A DNA stretch of 63,685 nucleotides, the filler included, from Globobulimina sp. (taxonomy: Eukaryota), in the NCBI GenBank assembly GCA_003354225.1. It is 20 parts of 20 records of this genome, joined end to end, with 100 filler letters (N's around TTAATTAATTAA, not from the genome) between each part and the next. Parts side by side here need not be neighbours in the genome. Positions count along the whole stretch, not along the records: positions 35,107 to 38,194 come from PIVH01003760.1; positions 38,295 to 41,381 come from PIVH01003761.1; positions 41,482 to 44,568 come from PIVH01003762.1; positions 44,669 to 47,755 come from PIVH01003763.1; positions 47,856 to 50,942 come from PIVH01003764.1; 15 more parts are not named here. The stretch is one strand, 5' to 3'. Within the stretch, counting starts at the first letter, position 1. Each line of letters opens with the position of its first letter. The notes under the pieces are model-generated. The model saw only the letters and a list, made by a program, of their open reading frames with translations, had not been told where the DNA came from and did no database searches. A program made the position numbers and the translations under genes. Positions 37,511 through 49,273 of the stretch are shown here, in pieces.

Positions 37511-38194
37511 TTAATTCAATTTTAATGAAACAAAAATATTCCCATTGGTAATATCACCCCAATATGAGCCACAATAATATGTAATATAACCATCCGCGAC
37601 AGACACACTGCCTTTGAATCCCGCCCTATTCCATTTGCCTTCATATAAAACAGCTGGACATTGGAAATTATGAATGAAATGTCCATCCAATAAATGATGA
37701 ACCCAAATATCGCCACTTATGCCCGGTATAAATACCATATCCTTAATAATCGTAACTGGCGACATAAAACTATATCGACCAGAAATATCCAATGGATAGC
37801 TATCATTTGCATTACTTTTATTTTCATGATTAAATATTGGCGGAATTACAACCTCAACATTTTCATCCAAACCATTCTCCACAAACTCACCAAACTCACA
37901 GCTTTGATTCATGGCTCTGTCAATAAAGCTGTCAAACAAACTGTCATTATAACAGCGAGACTCATTAATAGCACCATATGGATTCACCATTTGCCAGATC
38001 GTATTCCCTGATTTTAAATCAATGGCATGCACAGATGCTGCACCACAAAGTCTCATTTTATCATTCAATTCATACATATTGGCCCCCAGCGTCAGAACAA
38101 TGCCAATCATCGAAGCTTCATCCACTGCCATATTAAAATTCGCCATGTCAGTAAAAGGTCCGAAACTTTTTGATATCACCAATTTGCCGGAAGG
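37511..38194 (-). CDS. PQQ-type beta-propeller, C-terminal part (paralog of 29736-31803)
   Basis: Shares AVDEA, HAIDL, NP(Y/W), VTI...IP...GDI and I-x-YYCG with the contig-10 protein. Confidence 0.75.
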   Translation of the reverse strand, partial: PSGKLVISKSFGPFTDMANFNMAVDEASMIGIVLTLGANMYELNDKMRLCGAASVHAIDLKSGNTIWQMVNPYGAINESRCYNDSLFDSFIDRAMNQSCEFGEFVENGLDENVEVVIPPIFNHENKSNANDSYPLDISGRYSFMSPVTIIKDMVFIPGISGDIWVHHLLDGHFIHNFQCPAVLYEGKWNRAGFKGSVSVADGYITYYCGSYWGDITNGNIFVSLKLN

Positions 38195-38503
38195 NNNNNN
38201 NNNNNNNNNNNNNNNNNNNNNNNNNNNNNNNNNNNNNNTTAATTAATTAANNNNNNNNNNNNNNNNNNNNNNNNNNNNNNNNNNNNNNNNNNNNTTTGCC
38301 TCAATTGCTTGCAAATACCATTGGCACTCACACAATATATAGGCCTATATCCAGTTAGCAAATGTAACCTTTGCAATTTAACAGAACGCCATGATTTATT
38401 TCTAAGTAAAACCTGCATTTTTTGTTTCTAGCTGACTTGACTAGCTTCACATCTTCAAAGTACTTTGTCAATTGTCACAAAGTTACTATATATATACATT
38501 TAT

Positions 38504-40041
38504 TTAAACATTAATATCTAAGTCAGCACTCAACATATTATACTTTACTGATTTCAATGACAATGATGTCATACTCCTTTCATCATAATCACTCCCCACA
38601 TCTTCATTAGCGAGCAATTGTTGTTTTTGTTCTTCTTTAAGTCTCCAATTTGAAATCGGATGAACTAACAATGAATCAAATATTAATTGAAATGGATGAT
38701 ACAATAACAAGGGAATAATATACATTGCCATATTGGAATCATTGCCAAACATTGTCTCAATCATTGGCAAACCCATTGCGGCCGTTTTCTGTGTCGCACA
38801 AAACAAAATTGCAATTCTGTCAGATATATCAAATGGTTTACAGCAACAATTATTTGCTATCTTGGAATATGTCATTGTTAAATACCAATTCATGACTAAC
38901 AGCATGCAATGGAGTGCGATGATAACTAATGACATGTAAAATACCTCAATGACATCCGCGGCAAAACCAGTTTTAAATGATTCAGATATCGCACAAAATA
39001 TAATATAAAATAAACAAATCTCTATACATTTCTTACAATATTGCTTTTTATTTGTGATCCATTTCCTGCCTTTATCACCAACACAAATTCGAAATATTTG
39101 CCCAACACAGAATGGGACCATTATTTTCATCGCTAATTTGGAAAAAGTATCTAAAATATCAACATTTGCGGAACTACCGAGTAATATTAAAACGACTGTT
39201 GGCGATATTATAATTCCTGTTAAATTGGCAACAGTCGCATTGACAATTGCAGCTGCTTCGTTTCCTTCGGCTGTGGCAGTTAAAACAACACAAGTTACAG
39301 TTGTCGTGGGAAGAGCTGATAATATTAATAACCCATCGAGCAGTTCATCACTTAGTTAAAGTAGTTTCGCAAATAACTTTTACTCTCTCTCTCTCTCTCA
39401 TATGTTATAACTTATTGCCATATCATATGAGTGTGAGTGTGAGTGTGAGTAATATCATATTTCGCGTCTATTGAGTAGAGACCCCATACATTGTCAGAAT
39501 TTATTGGTTTGTTTCTGGTCATAAGGTTTGTATATAATTATAATTGATATGATTTCAGATTCTGAACGACAAACATATACAAATTTGGTGGGGAACATAC
39601 AAAGTAACATAGCTACGAGTAGACGCGAAATATAGAGGGTTATAAAGTATATTTGCGGACTAACCTAAATAATGTGTTATTTCTACAGATAAGAAATACT
39701 AAGTATGCAATAGATGGCACATAGATGAATATGAAAGCATGTGTAAATATATTCAATCCAAAGAATAATGTTGCTTTTTTTAGTGCACTTGTCTTCATTG
39801 ATATTCCACGTAAAAGGAATATTAATATCACAGTGATCCAACTCGAGGTAATTTTTGGGTGAGCAATACAATCATTGCAGCCAATATGAGGATATAATGC
39901 AGCCATTGTTACTGAACATATTATGCCAATGATAAAGAAATACTTTTTTAAAATTGACAAGCTTTTGGATGTTGCATTTTGTTTCGTAAGCAATGACTGA
40001 TGCGACTCATGCGAGTCAACTGAATCTTTCACGTTTGACAT
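38504..40041 (-). CDS. SLC10A7: Sodium/bile-acid symporter family, SLC10A7/RCH1-like
   Basis: LPTT...TAEGNEAAA...NLTGIIISP, FCATQKTAAMGLP and PLLLYHPFQL. Intron 39351-39664. Confidence 0.88.
39458..39632. mobile_element. TA-ended MITE-like element inside the SLC10A7 intron
   Basis: ATATTTCGCGTCTA (39457-39470) and TAGACGCGAAATAT (39620-39633) form a perfect 14-bp inverted repeat, extendable inward with mismatches. Confidence 0.55.
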
Positions 40042-40098
40042 TACCACGTCACATTAATAATATTTGAGTAAAACTCAAACATTATACACATTTTAGTA

Positions 40099-40509
40099 AT
40101 GGCGGCCACAGCTAAATATGACGAAAAGAAGAAAAGTAAAAAGATAAAGACAAAAAAAGATTCAAAATCAAAGTCTGTATCAAAGACAAAACCTAAAAAG
40201 AATGTGAAAAAAAGCAATAAAACACCCAAGAAATCCAAAGGCAAGAAATCAAAATCAAAAGAATCTGGATCAAACAAGAAAATACATAAAAAATCTGAGA
40301 ATAAAAAAAAGAGCAAAAATAATAAAAAAGCAAAGCAACTGGGACCAATGTTGAATATATTTGATGAAAACTTGGACAATGCAAATGACGATCCATTGGG
40401 TATATTGAATGACATGAATAAAGCACACAACAATGTTAATAATCTAATCAATGAATATGGAGATGTGGAAAATATGGCCATGGGAATGAAACAAACCTCA
40501 TCAAAGTAG
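40099..40509 (+). CDS. Small Lys/Ser-rich protein
   Basis: 136-aa ORF with a very basic N-terminal part and an acidic/Asn-rich C-terminus. No family recognised. Confidence 0.55.
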   Translation: MAATAKYDEKKKSKKIKTKKDSKSKSVSKTKPKKNVKKSNKTPKKSKGKKSKSKESGSNKKIHKKSENKKKSKNNKKAKQLGPMLNIFDENLDNANDDPLGILNDMNKAHNNVNNLINEYGDVENMAMGMKQTSSK

Positions 40510-40670
40510 CAGATATCAACACATGTACGGTTGCCAACGTCAAAGTTTGTGTTTGATTGTTATTAAATTGTTTTTGCGATGAGTACGAGTGGACAATTTG
40601 AAACAAAATGCGTTCTCTAGTCGAGCCAAGTTAATGTGCTTTGATTTTGAGGATGTCGTCAGAACATTTT

Positions 40671-41381
40671 TTATATTAATTGAAAGACTTCAATCTCTGT
40701 CACATTAAAACCGCCAGAATCTGGACCATTTAAATATTTACCTATTTTTGGAAATTTATATGATGCTATATACGTATTCCCTCTTTTTTGCGAAGTACAA
40801 TAAAAATCCCAGCCAGATCCAAATATACAATAATATGGTTTACAGGTCGCAATCGCGAATTTTTGAGCCCCCAATTTGATGGGAGCTACAACTGCCGGAT
40901 AGTTATAAGATGATCTCAATAAAAACATAAATGCCTTTGCATCCTTCACATATTTTGTAACCTCATTAGAGCCATCACCTGGAAACCCCTTCGATGTATA
41001 CCCTCCAAAAACGTTGTTACTCTCTGTTCTAATTATACAAACAAGATATTTTTTGTTAAAACAATGTTTCACAAACTCTTCATATTCAAATCCATCTCTT
41101 GTTGCACGGTAAAGCATTTTCCATAATAAATAACCAAACTGTTTGAACTCAAATTTATTATTTTCGTGCAGTAAATTAAAAAATGTATCCTGTTCTACTG
41201 CTGTTAATATATCAGAATCCATTGCATCGCGATAATATAATACACAAATATGCTGTATGATTGATGCTATATTGTAATAATTATTATCTTGCGGCAATGA
41301 TAATTGTGCCTCTCGCAAATATCCAAATACGACATCTTTTACCTTTTGATGCAGATATTTCACCTTTTCCAAAGGAAATGT
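40671..41381 (-). CDS. TLDc-domain protein, 5'-partial
   Basis: LYRATRDGF...FVKHC, NVFGGYT, DAKAFMF, IFGSGWD and EIEVF. Confidence 0.88.
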   Translation of the reverse strand, partial: TFPLEKVKYLHQKVKDVVFGYLREAQLSLPQDNNYYNIASIIQHICVLYYRDAMDSDILTAVEQDTFFNLLHENNKFEFKQFGYLLWKMLYRATRDGFEYEEFVKHCFNKKYLVCIIRTESNNVFGGYTSKGFPGDGSNEVTKYVKDAKAFMFLLRSSYNYPAVVAPIKLGAQKFAIATCKPYYCIFGSGWDFYCTSQKRGNTYIASYKFPKIGKYLNGPDSGGFNVTEIEVFQLI

Positions 41382-41481
41382 NNNNNNNNNNNNNNNNNNN
41401 NNNNNNNNNNNNNNNNNNNNNNNNNTTAATTAATTAANNNNNNNNNNNNNNNNNNNNNNNNNNNNNNNNNNNNNNNNNNNN

Positions 41482-42178
41482 AATTAAACACTTTGATAAT
41501 GGCTTCTTTACGTAAGCCGAAAGCTCAGTGATTTATAATCCTTAGAGATTCAACTAATTCACACTATAATCTCATCCCTATATTTTATCTTATTAATAAT
41601 ATAACCCATTTATTACCAAGCAATGGATTATCGCCGGTCGATAAAAAGCCCACGAAATCGTTATACATATCAACTTCGTCGAGAAATGGTAACGGCGTGA
41701 TACGATCAATGATGTCTTTATAGGTCGCTGGTTCCCGATCTTTCAGCGGGTGAATGTCAATGGTAGTCGCTCTATCTTTTGGTGTGCCCGTTTTTTCTAA
41801 TTCCACTAAATGTTCATATTCATCTTGCGGCCGTACTCGAGAGACAATGGTGTCCCATTCAAATAATCCTGTCGAATTATCAATAATTTTAGATAAATCA
41901 CACTCAGCTGATGAATCTGCACAAAATTCGATAATTACTGGTTTTTGCGCCATATAATATTCTGTGTAAAATTGCTCAAATGTTAAGTCGTTGACGTTAA
42001 CCCTTGGGATGTTACATTTGGTAAGATCCAAATTGCAAAATGGAGGAATATAACAATTCCCAGCTTCATCTTTTTGTAAAATTTGATCCGATGTTACATT
42101 ACGATTTAATAATTCCTCCGACACCTTTCCTTGACATAAACACCAAAACAATAGAAACACTACGTATACCATCATCAA
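41482..42178 (-). CDS. Secreted JmjC/cupin-8-like protein (JMJD8-like N-terminus), 3'-partial
   Basis: Signal peptide and CNIPRV...LTFEQFYTEY...KPVII. The catalytic part is not on this contig. Confidence 0.6.
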
Positions 42179-42369
42179 TCAAGCAACAACGTCTTGAAAA
42201 AACTATGATAAATTAACTCGAGTGCAAGGATAATCATTGATGATAAAGTCATCTCTCTTAAGATCTTGCATGCATCACACCGCATGTGTGCAAGGATAAA
42301 AATTAACAAAAAGTCAAAAATCAAATTTGTCAGATTAAATATATTCATATTTTTCGAGTCCAGTCAGAT

Positions 42370-43590
42370 TTAGTATGTAATGATCCGCGATAATCGTTGT
42401 ATTCTATTCAATAATATATCACCTTTCTTAATAATTTGTTGATAATCGTTATTTTTCGAATTAACTCTATTTATATGTACAATGCCATTCACTTTATCGA
42501 TCTTACAATTTAATTTATTCGCAGCAATATAAGACGACAACTCCTTATCCAAAAAAATCGTACTTAGCCCAAATTCTTGCGCCATTGACGACAATTTAAC
42601 GCTTCGATACGACTCTAAAAATTGAGAATACGCTCTCAACCGTACCTCCCTCAAAAAAAAATTACTATGATGGTTCAAATACACATCAAAGCGTATAAAC
42701 TCTCGCATGATCTCGATCAATGAGCGAAAAAATTCATTATATCGACACTCGTAAAAGGAATACAAAAACGATTTGAAAATGGGCAATTTATCAATAATTT
42801 GTATAATCTCTGGTGCTTCGATTAATTTCTTGTTAATCACCGACCGATCCAAGGATAAAACCGATGAAATGATGACATATTTCACCAATTGCGGATAATC
42901 AAAGATCTCATTGGCGCTGAACGTAGCAATGCTGTCTAATAATCCATGCGCGGACTCTTTGAATTTGCGAATGCGAAAATAATGCGCCGAGGTATAGATT
43001 GTAAATCGGTTCCGGCGGTCCCAGTCCCCGCCTTTTTCAATCAATTTGGCGGTCTGCGCCATGTATTTGCGATATAAATGGTCGTCATTCCATGCTAAAC
43101 ATATCCGTAATATGGTTAGATATTTATCGATCTCTTTGCCAGTGGTTAGGCCTTTGATGGATAAATAATTCTCGATCGAGACCTCACTGCTGCAGCAAAG
43201 TGATAATATTTTCGCTTTTTCTAACTCGACTTCATGGATTTCGACGTCGCCCTCATTCTTCTCGGCCAACTCCTTTTTCTCTTCGTTTTGGGCCAATAAT
43301 TTGGTTTTGTTTTCTTCCCATTTATGCACCAAAGAATCGTCTATTTTTAATTCATTTTTGTCACATAAATCGCGGTAAAATGAGATCATATTATTCTGGT
43401 CGTAAATGGTCATTAATTGTTTCAAGAGCGCTTCTTCTTCGTTGTGATTATTGACCGTAGCGTCGGCTTTTAATAATGTAAATCGCGAAGCTAAACCTGC
43501 TGCTTTTAACAGTGTATCTACTTCTTCTTCTCCTTCGTCCTCGCCATCTACTTCCATTTTTTTCTTTTCCTCATCTTTGGAGTCTGACAT
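42370..43590 (-). CDS. RPN7: 26S proteasome lid subunit Rpn7/PSMD6
   Basis: GGDWDRRNR, YSQFLESY, LNCKIDKVNGIV and IKKGDILLNRIQRL. Confidence 0.97.
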   Translation of the reverse strand: MSDSKDEEKKKMEVDGEDEGEEEVDTLLKAAGLASRFTLLKADATVNNHNEEEALLKQLMTIYDQNNMISFYRDLCDKNELKIDDSLVHKWEENKTKLLAQNEEKKELAEKNEGDVEIHEVELEKAKILSLCCSSEVSIENYLSIKGLTTGKEIDKYLTILRICLAWNDDHLYRKYMAQTAKLIEKGGDWDRRNRFTIYTSAHYFRIRKFKESAHGLLDSIATFSANEIFDYPQLVKYVIISSVLSLDRSVINKKLIEAPEIIQIIDKLPIFKSFLYSFYECRYNEFFRSLIEIMREFIRFDVYLNHHSNFFLREVRLRAYSQFLESYRSVKLSSMAQEFGLSTIFLDKELSSYIAANKLNCKIDKVNGIVHINRVNSKNNDYQQIIKKGDILLNRIQRLSRIITY

Positions 43591-43706
43591 TATTTTATTT
43601 TGATACTCTTTTTTTGCCGATCAAGATTATTATTATTACCCGAAAGTATCCACTGTAGCAAGTTGAAAAACTTTGCTTTAAAATCAAGAAAACTTAATTT
43701 AATTAT

Positions 43707-44568
43707 ATGGCTAGTGCAGTCTGTGTAGATAATTCGAATTCGTCTGTATCAGAAACTGAAGAACAACCAATTAATGTGGATATTAGCGAGATAGATGAAT
43801 CGGACCAAGAGGTATCAAATGTGGATGCATATCCATATACGAATAATAAAGGAAATGCATATCTTGATGTTGGCGATGATTCTTGCGATGACTCTGTAAT
43901 TAAAGGCTCCGATGATACTGAAGATGAAGCTGAGTTATCTTATAACGTTGAAAAAATAGCAACAAAATTACAATTAACACAAACATCTATATTTGGTGAT
44001 GCATTTACAAGATGTATTTATTTTGCATCTTCATTGTTTTTGTTTGCAATCTTATCTTTTGCTTTGTGGTTCTTTAATGTCGACAAACATCTCGATGCCG
44101 GATTTGGTTTATCCGCTTTTGGTATGTTTGTTTTTTATCATATTTTAATTGGTTGCTTGTAAACATAACTGTTACTGTTTTATAATCAGGTTCGTTTCTA
44201 ATATTTTTAGGTGGTTTTGCTGGAATAATATTAGCAATATTACATAAAACGGAGTATGTTATTCCATGCCAATGGATATTATTAGACATAGCAACAGGTT
44301 TATATGTATTGGGTGGTTTTATGTATATGATTGGAGGCTGTATATTAGCTCGAGCTTACAATCAAAGTGGAGTTTATTCAACGTCATACTCTGGAACGTG
44401 GTTTGGAGAAGCTGTGTTTGTCGGTGCTAACGCAATCATTGCTGGTATGAATATGATGCATTTTGTTAAAAAAAAATAACGGATCGGATTTTCCTAGATT
44501 TTAAATGTCCGATCCGATCATTTCGAGTTTACAAATATTAACGTTTTTGTTGTTGTAGGATTTGATTT
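43707..44568 (+). CDS. Multi-pass membrane protein with acidic N-terminus, 3'-partial
   Basis: Frame restored by intron 44152-44189. Four hydrophobic segments and a second intron at about 44446-44558. Confidence 0.5.
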
Positions 44569-44668
44569 NNNNNNNNNNNNNNNNNNNNNNNNNNNNNNNN
44601 NNNNNNNNNNNNTTAATTAATTAANNNNNNNNNNNNNNNNNNNNNNNNNNNNNNNNNNNNNNNNNNNN

Positions 44669-44775
44669 ATATGGTGTCAATGTTTGAAGATACCAATTTG
44701 GCCGCAATCCACGCCAAACGCGTTACTATTATGGGAAAAGATATTGCTTTGGCAAAACGATTAAGAGGAAATTAA
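44669..44775 (+). CDS. H3: Histone H3, C-terminal fragment (not in ORF track)
   Basis: Translates as [34 protein letters not shown]. Confidence 0.95.
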
Positions 44776-44831
44776 ATTAAATTAAATCACATCTTGTTTA
44801 TCTTTGTAAATATTCTTTTTATTTTTTACCA

Positions 44832-44847
44832 GGTGTTTTTCAACACC
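44832..44847 (+). promoter_or_regulatory. Histone mRNA 3' stem-loop
   Basis: GGTGTT-TTTC-AACACC: 6-bp stem and 4-nt loop followed by ACCA, 56 nt after the H3 stop. Confidence 0.8.
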
Positions 44848-47434
44848 ACCAAACTATATATTCCATTTTCGGATTTTCACTAAGTTCTCGACACTGTTTC
44901 TTGGATTGTATACAGTATTTATATGTTTGTAAGACTTAGTTTACACTAATTCGAGGGTCATGCATTCGATGGTGATGTTTATTTTAGAGACTGACCTTTC
45001 ATGGTGATTTTACCAGTAATTACTACCGATTTTGATTAGTTATGTTTGAAAACGTAAATTACATTACTTAATGGTAATGTGTATTTTTATTGGAATCGTC
45101 ATCCAAAGTATTAATTCAAAATATTCATTGTATAGTCATCCTAATAGATATTAAATGTACTGAAACAACACACAAAATTATTTTGTCAAAGTCGTTATCA
45201 TTGCAGTTGATAAATGCATTGATTGTAACATTTAGAGATTCAATATCTTTTGCCAATATTCACATGTGAATAAATATAAAACATAGGCACCAATGTCGCC
45301 TGCACAAAGCATGATGAATGAGACAAATAACATATTATATGTTATGAATAGTACCATTGAAAATATATACACGCAGTCAATGTATGATGGATGCATACAC
45401 ATCCAATTATCAATTGAGAATGTCCAACTAACCGAATGCGTTACATATCAATGTCTACTCTACAGTCTAATGTCTTTTAGATTGGCGATCCTAAATATGA
45501 TTTCTATCAGTGAATTTTATTTATACGCCGGCGCAGTACGGGCCGCGGTTCATGGGCCCAGCCTCGTCTGGCGATTTCCGGTAAGTTTATTTTGATTGTG
45601 ACATCATATTTGCGACTTACTTGTTTTCCTTTGATATGCATGATTATGCCTTGTCTACTTTCATCGACTGTGAATGGTTTCATTGCCTCATACAAATTGG
45701 ACTGAGCCGGTTATTTGGCGTATTATGAGGATCGCAGTCAACACATCACAGCGGCAAATGTCTTGTATCGAATGTACCAAAAATATGGAGCTGCGCGCAT
45801 GCGGTGGGCGGTGGAGTTGTTTTTCGATGACATTTTGGATTGGAACAATTGGTATTGGCTTCGTCGCCGCTGCCCTCCGTTTAATTTAGTTTGCTGGTTC
45901 CGATCCTAACCTTCCGGTGGAGCAAAACCAGGAAAATTATATTTGATGGTGTTGTATCACCACAGCACCGTTGGATAGTTTCATTGCTTTGGCGCCGTTG
46001 GATAGTTTCATAAATCCCGTTTTTCCTCTAGTAAAATCGTCAGTCATTCCATAAAATCCAAACCCATTACATGATGATTGCCCATTTTCAAATGAATTAT
46101 AAACCATATAACGAGAGAGTAGAGACGATTGAGTGAGGACTATTTATTTATCCACGCTGCTGGCAAGCAACATTTGGTTGGACATTGTCTAATGCAATTT
46201 GCCATTTTGGAAATTTTTTCTTGAAGATTACCATTTTATATGGTTTCGCAAAGAATTATAGCAATAAAAAAATCAAGTGTAAGCTTCAATCTTATGGATA
46301 AAACCTCAATAAATAATATATTTGCAATTCTATCCATCAAACATGAAATGGAAATAAAGATAGAAACAAATTGTAGGAGTGTTCATGATAAATCCAGACA
46401 TGCGCCACTTACATCTTTTTTGCACTAATTTCTTCTTTCTATTTAACAGCAATATCATACAAATCTCTGATATTGTAATATTGGTTTGATGGGTGTAGAT
46501 GATCCATTCAATTTGGCAAAAATTGCTGGCTTAGTTTGCCTGTATAATAATGCACTCATTGACACAAAATATAAAGTCCGTTTTTGGACATTGTTACCAG
46601 AGTTACATAATTGTTACCCGTGTTATGAACAAAACAGATCGTGCAGACCATTTACGTTCAATAGTTGATATTTTCCAAATATTATCTTTAAGCTCCTCCA
46701 GTGAATCATCACTAAATTTACTAGCACTAAGTTATCTCTATGTTTTTGGTTCGATATAGCTACTCGATTCTGCATGTCTTATAATATTGTATTTGCTGCG
46801 GATAATTTTGTAAATTCATCAAAATGTTTTAAAAAATGTTTTACCTTGAAATCGTGTGTTTGAATGAAACAGAATGACTGATTGGATGAATACTTGCAAT
46901 GACTCACATTGACAGGCAAATTCAACAAAAGTAATGTCATTCTGCTTCATTTATGTCTATATTTTCAACTTTTTATAACTTGAAATATACATTTGTTGTG
47001 CCACAAACCATTAATCTGTGATTCGCAATTTTTATCAAAATTCATCATACAGGAAAGAATAAACTGTAAAGATGAAAATGCTGCATTTTATTGGAGATTA
47101 CGGTCCAACAATCAAAAAAATGCATCATCATCGAATGCAGAACCCGCTAGATTTATACACACACGATTTGAATGAGTAATTCTACCTGGCCCAGAATGCT
47201 CAATTCCATCATTCATTCCATTTTTTTCGTTTGTATCAAGGAAAGAACCACCATTAATATACAAATATGTGACAATACGCATTGTAATGGTAATTTACGA
47301 TATTATGTCATTGTTTTTGGTGAAAAGTTATTGAATGAGTGTTAGTACCGCAAATGATTTACCATCATAACATTTTCACTAAGTTTTAGTAAGATGCTAC
47401 ATGTTTGAATGGCAAATTCTCGACATCGCTCCAC

Positions 47435-47473
47435 TTTGTTGTAGTATTGACCAGTTTGTTGTAGTATTGACCA
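47435..47473. repeat. 20-bp-period tandem duplication upstream of H2A
   Basis: TTTGTTGTAGTATTGACCA at 47435-47453 and 47455-47473. The second copy runs into CCAAT. Confidence 0.8.
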
Positions 47474-47638
47474 ATCGCAATCATCAGTTTGTCAAAGTTT
47501 TGGAGAATAACAACATCGCATTTATTGAGAAATCTGCAACAAAACAACTTTTATTTTAAATTCTCATTCTCGTTCTTATTCATTCTCTGCTTTATTTAAT
47601 TGTCATTTAATTATTATATATCGAATCGATCATAAATT

Positions 47639-47755
47639 ATGTCTGGAAAAGGAAAGCGAGGCAGAGGTAAAGGAAAAGGAAAAGGAAAACAAGTTTCTCG
47701 TTCAGCCAGAGCAGGTTTACAATTCCCAGTTGGTCGCTTAGCTCGTTATTTGCGG
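47639..47755 (+). CDS. H2A: Histone H2A, N-terminal fragment (not in ORF track)
   Basis: Translates as [39 protein letters not shown]. Confidence 0.95.
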
Positions 47756-48110
47756 NNNNNNNNNNNNNNNNNNNNNNNNNNNNNNNNNNNNNNNNNNNNT
47801 TAATTAATTAANNNNNNNNNNNNNNNNNNNNNNNNNNNNNNNNNNNNNNNNNNNNCATCCCTTAGTCATAGATTCAAGGAATACCATAAAAACAGCATAG
47901 GAAATATCATCGCAAAAAGTATTAAAAATGAAACCAACTGAAACAAAGAACGTTTTTAGGATATTCATCAACGTGTAAAACTGTAAAAACCTGAACGAAC
48001 GTTTCAAAAACATACTTTTTTTAAAATTTGAATGATTTTTGTACATTGCAAAAACATAAATAAAAAGGAAAATACCATCGCAAAAAGTATGAATGATTTA
48101 ATATTTAATA

Positions 48111-49196
48111 TTAAGAATTAATTTCTGAATAATGTGTACCGCAACTTGGTAAACGTACATCTGTACCACGCGCTCGTTTAACTATTACATTGTATGGTTC
48201 TGGTATTAAACACATTTGTTGTTTTGTTGGTTCTGCAATACGACCGGTTACTATACAATTTTTAATATATTCATCATGGACAAAATATCCACAATCTACA
48301 TCAATCGGTCGTTTCTTCAGATTATCACAACGCGCCATATTAATTTTCCAAAAATACAAAAAACACAACCAATCTTCACCACAAATGTTATATCCATCAT
48401 ATGAAAATAAACCATTATAGTTTGCAATTTCAGCATGATAGCCTGGTGTTGGTGATTTGCCATGCATTAAATCTCCAATTAAATGCATTAACTCATGAAA
48501 CAAAACTACCGCACCAAAGAAGCTTTTCCTATATTTTTGTATTTGCGGATCACTCTCATTTAATAAATATTCGTTTCGTAGATATATCCGTTGATCCGTT
48601 GTTATTCCATATTCGTTCAGGTCATGAAATCGAAATGTTCTCGCATGCAAATGATTGCGTACTTTTTCTTGTATATCAGAAAAAGTGTAATGCTGAGAAT
48701 GCACGGATTTCAATAGTGTGCCAAGCATATATTCTCCACTACGCCGCAATAAGCCAACCACCAAAGCCAATGAATATTTAAATCCATTAAATTGAGGATG
48801 TGCAAATAATTTGGCAAACCACCTATTGATATCTGCTACATTATTTTCAAATAATCTCTGTAACAAATCCTCCTTTTCTTCGTCATAAATCCTTGATAAT
48901 GTGTTTTTATTTTGTAGCTCCGGACGCATCGTACAACATGATTTAGGTAAACATACACCGACTCCATCTTTTGATATTAATATAAGGTGCCGGCCCAATG
49001 ATCTTTCACAGAGCATCGTCTTTGTTGCAAATTGTGTTGCAATACGAGTCGTAGCATCCATGTAATTGAAACAGTCATCATTTTTAAGTTCGGTAACTAC
49101 GGATTGGACTGAATTTATGAGAACAACATCGTCCATGTTAGGAATTGGATCAAATTTTGCAAGTAGCGAATCGATTATGGCAATGGCCCGAGACAT
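48111..49196 (-). CDS. Hypothetical protein with HExxH zincin-like motif
   Basis: 361-aa intronless ORF with VVLFHELMHL followed by TPGYHAE. Confidence 0.55.
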   Translation of the reverse strand: MSRAIAIIDSLLAKFDPIPNMDDVVLINSVQSVVTELKNDDCFNYMDATTRIATQFATKTMLCERSLGRHLILISKDGVGVCLPKSCCTMRPELQNKNTLSRIYDEEKEDLLQRLFENNVADINRWFAKLFAHPQFNGFKYSLALVVGLLRRSGEYMLGTLLKSVHSQHYTFSDIQEKVRNHLHARTFRFHDLNEYGITTDQRIYLRNEYLLNESDPQIQKYRKSFFGAVVLFHELMHLIGDLMHGKSPTPGYHAEIANYNGLFSYDGYNICGEDWLCFLYFWKINMARCDNLKKRPIDVDCGYFVHDEYIKNCIVTGRIAEPTKQQMCLIPEPYNVIVKRARGTDVRLPSCGTHYSEINS

Positions 49197-49273
49197 TATG
49201 GTTGTAAATGTTGAGATGTGGATAGAAAGGAGTTTTTGAAAAAAAAGTTGAACTAAAAAATTTAAACTTTAAC

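Noticed and set aside
44480-44516. CGGATCGGA / TCCGATCCG inverted repeat in an intron
   Set aside because: Only 9 bp with no clear target duplication, so it could be chance or a remnant.
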